Below are positions 1 to 17,531 of a DNA stretch of 64,000 bases, one piece after another. The position numbers and the translations under genes are program-made. The DNA is from Dictyostelium discoideum (lineage: Eukaryota): assembly GCA_000004695.1 (NCBI GenBank), contig CM000151.3:2560001-2624000 (forward strand), written 5' to 3'. Numbering within the stretch: the first letter of the stretch is position 1; each line of letters starts with the position of its first letter. The notes beneath the pieces are model-generated. The model did not search any database. It saw nothing but the letters and a program-made list of their open reading frames with translations, and was not told the origin of the DNA.

Positions 1-780
1 ATTGAACGTTATGTTTCAATTCAAACAAATTCAACTAAACCAATATTTTCATCATCATCATCAAATAATGGTAAAATCATTTCAACAGCTCAAGTAAATT
101 ATAAACCAAGATCATCTTCACAACCTCAAAAACCAATTTTAACAAATACAAATAATATTACAATTACAAAACCAATTAGACCAATTGAAACTAGAGTACC
201 AATTAAATTAACAACTCAACCTCAATCTACAAATCCTAAAACTGTACCACCAACAACAACTACTACTACAGAAGCAACTACAACAGCAACAAAACCAATA
301 CCAAATAAAACACCACAACCAATTAATACTTTTAAACCAAGTGATAAAGGTGCATCATTAGAAGATTCATGTATTAATGCAGCAAATCAAATGTCAAATA
401 TATCAGGTAATGAACAACTTGGTACAATTGGTAAAGAATTGGAAGCTTATGCAAATGCAATTAAAATTGGTGATAAAAAACAAATTTTATTATGTGGTAG
501 AAATATATCTATACTTTTAAATAAATATTCAACAGAGGTTTCAAATAATATTAAATCAACTCCAACTTCAAATAAAATGTTACAAACAAGATGTAGTCAT
601 GGTATTGGTGTTTTACAAACACTAAGTTGTCAATTTAAAATTTTATCAAGTGTTAAAGCTGCTTCTGATGAAAAAGATTCTGACTCTGATTCACAATTAA
701 CTTCAATGGTTAATCAATTAACTTCAACTTTATTAGATTTAAATACAAGTACAAGTACTTTAAACAAATTTAAAAAGTAA
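1..780 (+). CDS. 3' terminal part (about 259 codons) of a gene whose start lies upstream of the window. It has a Thr/Pro/Gln-rich linker followed by a helical C-terminal domain. A vinculin/alpha-catenin tail-like pattern is only tentative.
   Basis: Frame +1 is open from nt 1 with no stops, and I translated it codon by codon. It ends at TAA 778-780 (..LNKFKK*). The composition is coding-like, against the >85% A+T poly(A)/poly(T) spacer that follows (781-2085). The track ORF 391-780 is only the internal-Met part of this frame. Confidence 0.55.
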   Translation: MERYVSIQTNSTKPIFSSSSSNNGKIISTAQVNYKPRSSSQPQKPILTNTNNITITKPIRPIETRVPIKLTTQPQSTNPKTVPPTTTTTTEATTTATKPIPNKTPQPINTFKPSDKGASLEDSCINAANQMSNISGNEQLGTIGKELEAYANAIKIGDKKQILLCGRNISILLNKYSTEVSNNIKSTPTSNKMLQTRCSHGIGVLQTLSCQFKILSSVKAASDEKDSDSDSQLTSMVNQLTSTLLDLNTSTSTLNKFKK

Positions 781-2085
781 AAAAATAAAAAAAAATAAAT
801 AAATAAAAAAAATAAAAATAATAAATAATAAAAATAATTTTAAAATAATAAATAATAAAAATAATTTTTCTAAACAAAAAAAAAAATAAAAATAAAAATA
901 AAAAAAATAATAATAATAATAATTATTAAACAGAAAAAATAAGGAAAAAGTTTGACCATAATTTTTAAAACTCCTAGTAATTTGTTTTTTGTGTTTAACA
1001 GGTTGGTAATAATAAAAGAAAAAAAAAAAAAAAATTAAGTAATTATTTAATCTCAGATCAAAATAATTTGGTGAATGAAATGAAAAGAATAAAGATAAAA
1101 CAAGTATTTAAAAAAAAAAAAAAAAAAAAAAAATCTAATATAAATTAAACTTTTTATTATTTTTCTTCTTTTTTTTTTTTTTATTTTTTTTTTTAATCGT
1201 TTCTTTTATAAAATTTTATTTAAAATATCCAATTTTTAAATTTTTTTTTATTATAATTTTAAAAATAAAATGTGAATGAAAATTCGTCATTTTGAAAGTA
1301 AAAGGTCATTTAAAGTTCCAATTAAAAGAAAAATAATAATAAAAAGATTTTTTAGATAAATTAATTTTTTTTTTTTTTTCTATTCTATTTATTATTTGTT
1401 CTTTTAATAATTAATTTTTTTTTTTTTTTTTCATTGTGTGGTAAGATTCAGTAATATTTTTTCAATTGGATTTCATTTTTTTTTTCCTTTCGAAAGATAT
1501 ACATTTTGAATCATAATTTTTTAAATAGATAATTTTACGGCGAATGGGATTCAAAATGGCATGCAGGTGCTTTTTTTTTTTTTTTTTTTTTTTGCTTGTT
1601 ATTTTTAGATTATTAAAAAAATAAGAAACGGGGAAATTTTTTTTTTTTTTTTTTTCATAAAGATATTTTTTATAATCCCGAAAATAAAAAAAAAAAAAAA
1701 ATTTGGTTTCATGTTCCACCTGAATTCCCACCATCATATGATTAAATGTTGCTATTTAATATTTTATTTTATTTTTTATTATTTTTTTTTTTTTTTTTTT
1801 TTTTCTTTTATTTTTTTTATTTTACCTTTTTTTTTTTTTTTTTTTTTCTTTTTTTAATTCATACCTATCTTTCCACATAATTTTTTTTTTTATTTATTTA
1901 AAAATAAAATAAAAAAAATTAAATTAATTGTAAAGTAAAAAAAAAAAAAAAAGTAATTACTTAAATAAAAATATCTTTTTTTTTTAAAAAAATAAAATCC
2001 AAAATATAAAATATTAATAAAAAAAAAAAAAAAAAAAAAAAAATCTAAATATAAATAAAATTTAAAAAAAAATTATAGATAAAAA

Positions 2086-4867
2086 ATGGGTAAAGGAAGT
2101 GGAGCTCCTTTAAAGGAGAAAGTTTATCCATCTGTTATGTATGGAAATATTAAACCAATTAGAAAACAACCAAAATCATTACCAAAAGAATTAACTATTG
2201 ATCAAATTTTACAATCTCTTCCAAAAGAAGTTTTTGAAACAAGTAATTTTAAATCAGCATGTTCACTTTTAATAACAATCTTATTCATTGGTTTAAGTGC
2301 AACATTCATTACTCTCATGCCATCTTACTTAACCCCAATTGGTTGGATGTTAATGGGTGCCTCAGTTACTGGTGTAAGTAATACAATTATTATTCATTCA
2401 TTTTTTATTATTTCCATTTTCACTTTTTTTTTATTTTTTTTAAACAAAATTTTTTTTTTTTTTTTTTTTCTGAAAGTGACTTGAAATTTTCAAGTGGGAA
2501 AAAAAAAAAACCGTCACAGTTCCAGACTACCAAATTTTTTTTTTCAATCACAATGATTGTTATTTTATTTTTTTTTTGATTACCATCAAAAAAAAAAAAG
2601 CACCCATTTTACAAAAACAAAAAAAAAAAAAAAATAATAATTAAAAATAATTAAAATTTTTTTTTTTTATTTGCATCTTTTTTTTTTTTTTTCCAAAATA
2701 TCTAATCACTAACCCAACAAAACTTTTTTTTTATTTTTTATTTTTTTTTTTTTTTTAATATCTTTTAAAATATGACAACCTCTCACACTAATAGTTAATG
2801 GTAATTGGTAATGATTGTATTCATAAAACTTTTTCAAAGAATCCATTAGTTAATTCAATTATTGGAACAATTGTAATGTTACCATTGTTATATCCATTCC
2901 AATCTTACAAGATTTCAGAAAAGAATAATGCAGAAAAGAAATCGACAGCTGTTTTAAATGGTGAACAATTCAAGATTAATGCACATACCACAACCGAAAG
3001 TACAAATCCAATTAGACAATGGGCAACTGGTAAATTCTTTTGGATTTTATCAATTATTAATTGGTCTGAAAATTATTTCTCAACTAAAAATTTATCAGAT
3101 AAAAAAGATAAAACCAAAGCAATCGTTTCAATTGCAATTGTTTACATTTTTGGATTTATTTTCTTCCCAATGATGTTTAAATTTGTAGGTGTAAGTGGAT
3201 TCCTTAATTATTGGTTCGCACCATGGTTAGTTTTACATTTCTTACTTTCAACTGCTTCATTATTACCATCAATTCCATTTTATGAAGAATTACAAGTTGC
3301 TTCAAAATTAGAAAAATCAAATAATAATAATAACAATAACAAAGGTGATAAGAAATCATCTGAAGTTGAAAAATATTTAGTACATATTACATATCCACAA
3401 TGGTTTGAATTTATTGTTAAAGATATTAATTTTTCATTACCAAGACAAATTGCAGTTTCAATTCCACATTATAATCTAAGAAAAGCTTATAATTCATTTA
3501 AAAAGAGTTGGGGTGAATATATTTATGAATGTACATTTGAAACTGAATTATTTAAAGAATTAATTATCCGTAGTGAAAACTTTTCAAATGAAATTTTCTC
3601 ACCATTTGATTCAGCTCCATTGGTACCAGATCAAGAAAAGAAAGCAGAAGCAACCGCTGAAGCCGTTTCAAATAGTCGTACAAGTCGTACTGTTAAAGAA
3701 TTTTTAAAATCAATCAATTGGTTACATGTTATCATTTTAATTGGTATTCCATTCATTGGTCTCTATGGTCTAATTAATGTAGAGTGTTCATTGAAAACAT
3801 TTATTTGGTCATTTATTTATTATCATTTCACTGGTATGGGTATTACAGCAGGTTATCATAGACTTTGGGCTCATAAGGCTTATAGTGCAGTTTTACCAGT
3901 TCGTATTATCTTGTTGCTATTTGGTGCAGGTGCTGTCGAAGGTTCATGTCGTTGGTGGTCAAGAGATCATCGTGCTCATCATCGTTATCTCGATACTGAT
4001 AAAGATCCATATTCAGCTTCATTGGGTTTCTGGCATTCCCATTTCATTTGGTTAATGTTCAAACAAGATCCAAAGAAAATCGGTAGAGCAAACATTGACG
4101 ACCTTAACGCCGATCCATGGGTTATGTGGCAACATAAACATTACATTAAAATCGCCACTTTTATGGGTCTCGTTTTCCCAACATTGGTAGCTGGTTTAGG
4201 TTGGGGTGATTGGGCTGGTGGTTATTTCTACTCTGGTGTACTTCGTCTCGTTACAGTTCAACATTCCACATTCTTGGTCAATTCATTGGCTCATTATTTA
4301 GGTGACTCTCCATACGATGATGAACATACTCCAAAGGATTCAGTTGTGACTGCTATATTAACATTTGGTGAAGGTTATCATAACTTCCATCATGAATTCC
4401 CAAATGACTATAGAAACGCTTATAAATTCTATCAATATGATCCAACTAAATGGTTGATCTCTGCAATGTATTATTTAGGCTTGGCTTATGATTTGAAAAC
4501 TTTCTCCAAAAATGAAATTGAAAAAGGTATGATTCAAATGCACCAAAAACATTTAGACGCAAAGAAACAATCAATCTATTGGGGTATCAATAAAGAAGAT
4601 TTACCATCAATGACAATCGATGAATTTAATAATTTGGTTGAAAAAGAAAATAAAAAGTTAATGATAATCAACAAAACCGTATTAGATGTCGAATCTTTTG
4701 TTAATGATCACCCAGGTGGTTTAGCTTACATTAAAATGGGTATTGGTAAAGATGCAACTTCAATGTTTACTGGTGAAGTTTATGCTCATTCAAATGCTGC
4801 TAAAAATTTATTATGTCAATTTTCAATTGCTAAAATTGTTGATAATCATGATAAAAAACAACAATAA
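2086..4867 (+). CDS. Two-exon gene, join(2086..2373,2795..4867), about 786 aa. It is a fusion of three parts. First, an N-terminal FAD2/Delta12-desaturase-fold membrane domain in which all three histidine boxes are degenerate. Second, an OLE1-type Delta9 acyl-CoA desaturase with intact His boxes. Third, a C-terminal cytochrome b5 (HPGG) domain.
   Basis: Exon 1 (MGKGSGAPLKEK..MGASVTG) ends at a GTAAGT donor at 2374. The acceptor is ATAG at 2791-2794, which is also an in-frame TAG. Exon 2 starts LMVIGNDCIHK.

The spliced product matches the FAD2 N-terminus by eye: MGAGGRM..CVLTG | IWVIAHECGHH. The FAD2 His boxes are replaced: HECGHH becomes NDCIHK, HRRHH becomes EKNNAE, and HVAHH becomes LPRQI upstream of the retained ..SIPHYN...GEYIY tail.

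The same ORF runs on with no stop into INWLHV..GITAGYHRLWAHKAY..WSRDHRAHHRYLDTDKDPYS..GEGYHNFHHEFPNDYRNAYKFYQYDPTK, which is near-identical in pattern to yeast OLE1. It then continues into VNDHPGGLAYIKMGIGKDATSMF..HS, a cytochrome b5 heme-binding motif. TAA is at 4865-4867. Confidence 0.8.
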
Positions 4868-5064
4868 TCAAAAAAACAAACAACTTTTAAAATTGGATTA
4901 AACCCCTAATTTTAATTTAATTAAGTTTATAATATTTTAAAATATTATATAATTTAGTTCACTCAAAAATCAATATTCAATAATAATTTTTTTATCTATA
5001 TATCCAATAATTTTTTTTTTCTATTTTTTCTTTATTTTCACAATTCATAATAATTATAACAAAA

Positions 5065-5099
<35 letters not shown>

Positions 5100-5765
5100 G
5101 TTTTTCTTTTTTTTTTTTTTAAAACCAATATTTTATAAAATTCCTCATCCCATCAATATCATAATGTAAACATATAATAAAGTAATAATAAAAAAAAAAA
5201 AAAAACATTGATTTTAAAAATCTTGTTTTAATTATTAGAAAATTCAAATTTGTCATTCAAATGGGTTAATTTTATTTATTTATTATATATCGTGTGAGAT
5301 TTTTTGGATTTAAAAATTTTTTTTTTTTTTATATTAATAATCATTTTTATTTAATCATCTCACCATCACTTTTTATCAAAAAAAAAAAAAAAAAAATATA
5401 ATTATTAATTTGTTGTGGTGAATTGTGTGTTGAAAAAAAAGATTGGATTTTATATTTTTTTTCATAATTTTTTAAAAGAATATTGATTAAATATAGAAAT
5501 CCTAAATAAGTAATCAATATTCTTTTTCAACCTATTTTTTTTTTTTTTTTTTAAAAAAAGTTTTGGTAAAATTAATTGAAATAATTCTATTACTAGATGA
5601 ATGGCTTTTTTTTTTTTTTTTCAAATAAACAAATAAAAAAAAAAAAAATTATAATATTACAATTTAAAAAATTTAAGTATTTAAATCAATTGAATAAATT
5701 TTTATTTTTTTAATTTCAATTCCTAAATAAACAATAAAAAATAAATCAAAAAAAAAAAAAAAACA

Positions 5766-6560
5766 ATGTATATTTCTAAATTTTTACTATTATCATTAAT
5801 TTCAATGATTTCAATTTCTTTAATTAATTCTCATGGGTATGCAATTTATCCAATGGCTCGCCAACAAAAGTAATTATTTATTTTTTCATTTTTTTTTTAT
5901 TCCAATAAAATATCAATTTATTAAATTTTTTTTTTTTTTAAAATAAGATGTCCAAAAGGTAATATTTGGTGGCCAGAGGATGGATCTGGTATTACTGATG
6001 CTGCATGTCGTTCAGCTTTTCAATTTGTAAAAGCAAAAGGAAATAATCCACAATATCAATTTATTCAATCAAATGAATTTTCAGTTTTAATTCCAAATTA
6101 TGCTCAAGGAGCAAGTGCTTTAAAAGCAGCAGTACCAAATTCATTATGTTCAGCATATGCAACTACATCATCAAATGATAAAAGTGGAATGTCAATTGTT
6201 GCACCATGGACACCAACAATTATTCCAACAACTGCAAATGCTGTAAATGTTAGTTTCACTTATAAATTCTGTGCAACTGCTTCTCATAATCCAAATTTCT
6301 GGGAATTCTATGTTAGTAAACCAGGTTTCAACCCAACCACAACTCCATTAACATGGGATCATTTAACATTATTCCAAAGTTTCCCAAATACTGCAAGTGT
6401 TTCAATTAGTGATCCATCATGTTCTTCAACATCTGCTTATATTTTTAATTTAAATATGCCAACTCGTTTCTCAAATGCAATTTTATTAGTGCGTTGGCAA
6501 AGAGTTGACCCAGTTGGTGAGTGTTTTATTAATTGTAGTGATTTTAAATGTGTAGCATAA
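5766..6560 (+). CDS. Secreted AA10-type lytic polysaccharide monooxygenase / chitin-binding-domain-3-like protein; join(5766..5869,5948..6560), about 238 aa.
   Basis: The signal peptide MYISKFLLLSLISMISISLINS is followed directly by HGYAIYPMARQQK. An N-terminal His after signal cleavage is the LPMO copper 'histidine brace'. A phase-2 GTAATT donor is at 5870, and the AG acceptor is at 5946-5947. Exon 2 (CPKGNIWW..FCATASHNPNFWEFYVSKPGFNPTT..AILLVRWQRVDPVGECFINCSDFKCVA*) carries the second His and the conserved Phe in a CBP21-like arrangement. Confidence 0.65.
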
Positions 6561-6699
6561 AAAAAAAAAAAAAAAAAGAAATAATTATTTTATACATTTT
6601 ATTTCTTTATTTGTAATTTTATAATTTAATAACTTTTTATATATATATTTTTTTTAAAAATAAATAAATAAATAAATATTCTCTTATTTTTATAATTAA

Positions 6700-8175
6700 T
6701 TAATTAATTAATAAAGCATATAGTAATTTACAACCTTTTGGTAATGAATTTAAATCTAATAATTCTCTTTTATATAATTCAGAAATTGTTAATTCAGTAC
6801 AAGTATTTGGTATAACATTATTTGAAATTGAATGATTTTGAAATTGTGAACTTAAAATAATCTTTTTACAACCATTTGGAATTGAAAATGGCTCAATTGG
6901 TGCATTGAAAAATAAAAATTCTAAAGTTTCAAGTGATGATGGTAATATACCAATGGTCAATGGTGATTTATTTAAATTACTATAGATTAAATGTTTGATT
7001 GAGTTTGGGAATATACCAGGCTCAACTATTTGATTAAATTCTCTACCAAGTTTTAAATAAGTTAATGTCGATGGTAAACTATTTGATTGAAATTTTTTAT
7101 TATAAAAATAACCAAATGATAAACTCTCAATACCATCATTCAAAGTATATGGCTTCAATTCCTGATTAAATCTAGCACCAAATACTAATTTCTTAATTGA
7201 CTTGAATGTACTCAATTCAATAGGTTGATTAAATTCACTACCAAATGTAATTTCAGTAATATTGTCAATAGAATTTGGTAAAATTGGTTTATTATATTTA
7301 TAAGCTAAATTTAAAATTTTTAAAGATTTTGGAAAATCTTTATATTGAACATCATAGTAATCTGATAATGTCAATTTTTCAATATATTTCAAATTTGAAA
7401 TTTCAATTTGTTTTGTTTGTAGTGGGCCCATTATTAAAACTTTTAAACTTTCTGGTAACTCATCTGATTTAATATTTTGATCATAATTTCCCAATGTTAA
7501 ACTAGTTATACTATTTGGTAAATCACCTTTTTTAATTGGAAAATTGTAATTTTCTGAAATTATTAATTTTTTTAAAGAGTTTGGTAAAACTCCTTCTTTA
7601 AATTTAATATTATACTTATACCCTAAATTTAAAGAGGTTAATGAGTTTGGCAATGATCCAATTTTAATTTCAGTATTAAACGATGGCGAATTTCTAAAAT
7701 CAATTAATTTAACACTATTTGGAATTGAGTTTACTAGTATTGGTTTATTGAATAAATGACTAAAATAAATATTTTTTAAATTTTTTGGTAAAACACCACA
7801 ATCAATGGATTGATTAAATTGTATGCCCAAGTCAAGGGTTGTAAGCGAATTTGGTAAAACTCTAGCACTAATTCTTGTATCAAATGCTACACCAAAATCA
7901 ATTGTTGAAACATTGTTTGGAATATCACCTTCTTCTAATAAATCATTGAAATGATCAACAAATTTAATTGTTCTAATATATTCTCTATATTTATGTTCTC
8001 TTAATTGTTTTATTTCTTTAATATTTTGAATATCATATTTTGATATTAAAATTGCATCTTGCCATATCTTTTTTTTTAATACAATATTTCTCCAAATTTT
8101 AAAAAATAATATTGAATTATCATCATTTAATTGATTAATAATTGTAAATTCATTATATTTTGAAAGTACAACCAT
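6700..8175 (-). CDS. FNIP-repeat-containing protein (491 aa), single exon.
   Basis: ATG at 8175 (complement) and TAA at 6700-6702. The ORF is built from about 15 degenerate ~22-residue units of the form LP(N/K)SLxxLxFGxx(F/Y)N(Q/K)P(I/L). This is the FNIP repeat typical of Dictyostelium and giant-virus proteins. Confidence 0.8.
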   Translation of the reverse strand: MVVLSKYNEFTIINQLNDDNSILFFKIWRNIVLKKKIWQDAILISKYDIQNIKEIKQLREHKYREYIRTIKFVDHFNDLLEEGDIPNNVSTIDFGVAFDTRISARVLPNSLTTLDLGIQFNQSIDCGVLPKNLKNIYFSHLFNKPILVNSIPNSVKLIDFRNSPSFNTEIKIGSLPNSLTSLNLGYKYNIKFKEGVLPNSLKKLIISENYNFPIKKGDLPNSITSLTLGNYDQNIKSDELPESLKVLIMGPLQTKQIEISNLKYIEKLTLSDYYDVQYKDFPKSLKILNLAYKYNKPILPNSIDNITEITFGSEFNQPIELSTFKSIKKLVFGARFNQELKPYTLNDGIESLSFGYFYNKKFQSNSLPSTLTYLKLGREFNQIVEPGIFPNSIKHLIYSNLNKSPLTIGILPSSLETLEFLFFNAPIEPFSIPNGCKKIILSSQFQNHSISNNVIPNTCTELTISELYKRELLDLNSLPKGCKLLYALLIN

Positions 8176-9064
8176 TTTTTTTTTATTTTAAAAAAAAAAA
8201 AAAGTGTTTAGGAAAACTTTATTTATTTGTTTTTTTATTTATTTTTATATAAAAATTTCAATTATAAAAAATAAATAAGAAATAAAAAAGAAAAAAATTA
8301 TAAAAAAAAAAAAAAAAAATAGTATTTTTAAAAACACTCAAAAAAAAAAAATTATTAAAAAAAAAAAAAAAATAATAAATATCTTCATTTTTTTTTTTTT
8401 TTTTTTTTTAATCAAGATATTTAAAAAAATAATAAAATAAATAAAATTAATATTCCATTTAAATGAAAATAAATTTTGATTTTAAAAAAAATAAAAATGG
8501 AATATTTTTATTTTTTTATTATTTAAAATACTCAACATAACCAAATATAAATGAACAACGTTGACATTACCAACCAGCCTTCAAAATAAAAAAATTATTT
8601 TCAAATATTTTTTTTTGAATTTTATTTTTTTTATTTTTTTTTATTTTTTTTTTATAATTTTTTTTTTTTTATTTTTTATTTTTTATTTTTTTTGAAAATT
8701 TTTATTTTTTTTATAATTAAAAATACAACAATATATTTTTAAAATAACATTCCCTAATCAAAAAAAAAAAAAAAAAAACATCTTTTTTTTTTGTTATTGT
8801 TTAATTAATTCCTATTTTTTTTAATATTAAAAAAAAAAAAAAAAAAAAGGGAATTGGGAACCTTATTTAAATAATTAATAAATTAATAAATTTTATTTTT
8901 TATTTTTCACCCCACCACACCACCACGATAGATGAAATTGATTTTTTTAAAATTTTAAAATTTATCGTTCATTTATTTATTTATTTTTGTATTTATTTAT
9001 ATATATATATAATTAAAATTTTTAATTTTTTTTTTTTTTTAAAAAAAAAACCCAAACTTAAAGA

Positions 9065-15617
<6,553 letters not shown>

Positions 15618-15883
15618 AATAATAAATTTAAAAAAAAATAAAAATAAAAAAAAAAAATTTATTATTTTATTTTATTTTATTTTTTTTTTTTTTTTGATTT
15701 TGTGTGTATATATATATATATATATATTTATCTACACAAAGAATAAATAATAAATGAATTGTTCAATAAATAATAAATTCGAATTTTAATTTATTGATTA
15801 AATAAATAAATAAATAAATAAATATATATATAAATGGTAATGCATTTTAGAGTTGGATAATTTCTTTTTGTTTTTTTTCTTGT

Positions 15884-17531
15884 TTAGAAAGCAATTAATA
15901 ATACAAGTGATACCAATACAATTAATAATGATGATTTTACAGTGTTAGAGCTTGATGGTGTTGATCCATCCTCAAGAGATTCTGTTTGAGTATCTGTAGT
16001 TGATGGTGATGATGTGGTTGTTGATGAACCAGTTGTTGTTGATGAACCAGTTGTTGTTGTTGATGAACCAGTAGTTGTTTTGGAAGTAGTTGATGTGGTT
16101 GATGTAGTAGTTGGTTTGGAAGTAGTTGATGTAGTTGATGTAGTTGATGTAGTTGATGTGGTTGTTGGTTTAGAGGTAGTTGATGTAGTTGATGTTGTTG
16201 ATGTAGTTGTTGGTTTAGAGGTAGTTGATGTTGTTGATGTTGTTGATGTAGTTGATGTGGTTGATGTAGTAGTTGGTTTGGAGGTAGTTGATGAGGTTGA
16301 TGTAGTAGATGTGGTTGAACTAGATGAAGAGGCAACCCAAGAAGCACATGTACTGGCTTTAGTTAATTGTAAATAACCAGTATCTGGATACCTATATGTT
16401 TTACCACTTGCACTTGTGACAGAGAAATAATATTTAGCACACACTTGATAAACTGTTGAAGTTGTATAAATACCAGAATTGGCTGTACCACCAAATAATG
16501 TCATATCAATTGATGTTCCATTTTCAAAAATAAATGATACTTTACTTGCTGCATCTGTTGAACTATAATATGATAAATAATAATTTGGTGCATTTGCTCC
16601 AAAGAAGAAAGTATGGAATCCTGAATAAATTGGAGTAGTTGGTAATCCACAAATACCTTAATAAAATAATAATAGTAATAAGAATAAAAATAATTAATCA
16701 ATCAATAAAATTATTTTTAAAAAAAAAAAAAAAAAAAAATTTAAATTAAATTAAATAAAACAAATGTTAACAACTTTAAATAAACAAATTAAAAAAAAAA
16801 AAAAAAAAAAAACTAAAATTACCATTATCAAAATCTTGGGTCCAATAATTTCCATATTGACTACTTGAGTTATAGTAAAAACCAATACCAACGATTTTAT
16901 AGTTTCCCATTATATTCTTACGGTGTCCAGCATCAGAGCTTGTATCAACTACACAAACACCAGAAACAGCATCACAAAGTAATTGACTAGTTGTTCCGAT
17001 TCCTGATACCCCTCCTGCTGCAATATTCTCAGCAATTGAATTTCCTGCAGATTGACAACCGGCAACAAAGGAATCGAAACGAGTACTCCAAGAAGTTCCA
17101 TCATAGCTGTTATGCTTAACATTTTTAATAATAATAAAATAAAATAAATAAATATTAATTATTGATTATTTAAAAAAATATTTTAAAATAAAAGAAATAA
17201 TAATAAATTTTTAACTATTTACACTAAAATAACCTTTAATGCCCATTTCTGAAGAGTGTGATCTTGCAAGATAACCTAATGTTTGATTATAATAAACTGG
17301 TGTAGTTGGTGGTAAAGCTGTTGATGTGGTAAATAAATTTTGGTAACCAGAATATCCAGTCATAAAAGTATCTCTATATTTTGTTGGCAATTGACGAACA
17401 ACATTCATCATTGTGTGAGCTTCTCTTTCTTGATAATTTGGATAACCAGAATTATCAGATTCTCCATATGATTTAACATTTGAAATTGATAAATAAATTA
17501 TACAGATAATTAATAAAATTGAAATTTTCAT
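15884..17531 (-). CDS. Secreted CAP/SCP/PR-1-like protein with an extra Cys-containing domain, a Ser/Thr-rich mucin-like repeat stalk and a hydrophobic GPI-signal-like C-terminus; join(15884..16656,16823..17114,17223..17531).
   Basis: ATG at 17531 with signal peptide MKISILLIICIIYLSISNV. The CAP motifs occur in the canonical order: AHTMMNVVR (HNxxR-like), AENIAAGG (GENI-like), then GHRKNIMGNYKIVGIG (GHYTQVVW-like). The splice sites are a GTAAAT donor at 17222 (complement), a TTAAG acceptor before 17114, a phase-1 GTAATT donor after 16823 and a TAAG acceptor before 16656. The last exon encodes TSTTSTTSKPTTTS repeats from an imperfect tandem DNA repeat at 16016-16330. It ends in LLIVLVSLVLLIAF*. 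Confidence 0.55.
16016..16330. repeat. Imperfect tandem 9-36 bp repeats (GTTGATGTAGTT-type) encoding the Thr/Ser-rich stalk of the CAP-like gene.
   Basis: Direct reading shows recurring GTTGATGTAGTTGATGTGGTTG units. These generate spurious ORFs on both strands (16014-16376 on the plus strand and 15937-16347 on the minus strand). Confidence 0.8.

Noticed and set aside
1462-1737. ORF 1462-1737 (-), and the similar spacer ORFs 19555-19770, 19924-20106, 20120-20326, 20589-20786, 39158-39388, 39350-39592, 51627-51905, 52635-52904, 62174-62401.
   Set aside because: These are poly(A)/poly(T)/AT-microsatellite spacer translated as poly-K/poly-F/poly-Y. They have no coding-like composition and no start context, and several overlap introns or 5' flanks of real genes.
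2086-2484. The track ORFs 2086-2484 and 2798-4867 could be treated as two separate genes.
   Set aside because: A GTAAGT donor at 2374 and an acceptor at 2794 join them in frame. The junction reconstructs the contiguous FAD2-like N-terminal alignment (..VLTG | IWVIAHECGHH region). Read-through past 2374 gives only a hydrophobic poly-F tail.
15937-16376. ORFs 15937-16347 (-) and 16014-16376 (+) overlapping the mucin-like repeat; ORF 16501-16701 (-).
   Set aside because: They are alternative frames of the tandem TSTTSTTS-coding repeat and of an intron. The real reading frame is the one continuous with the CAP-like exons.
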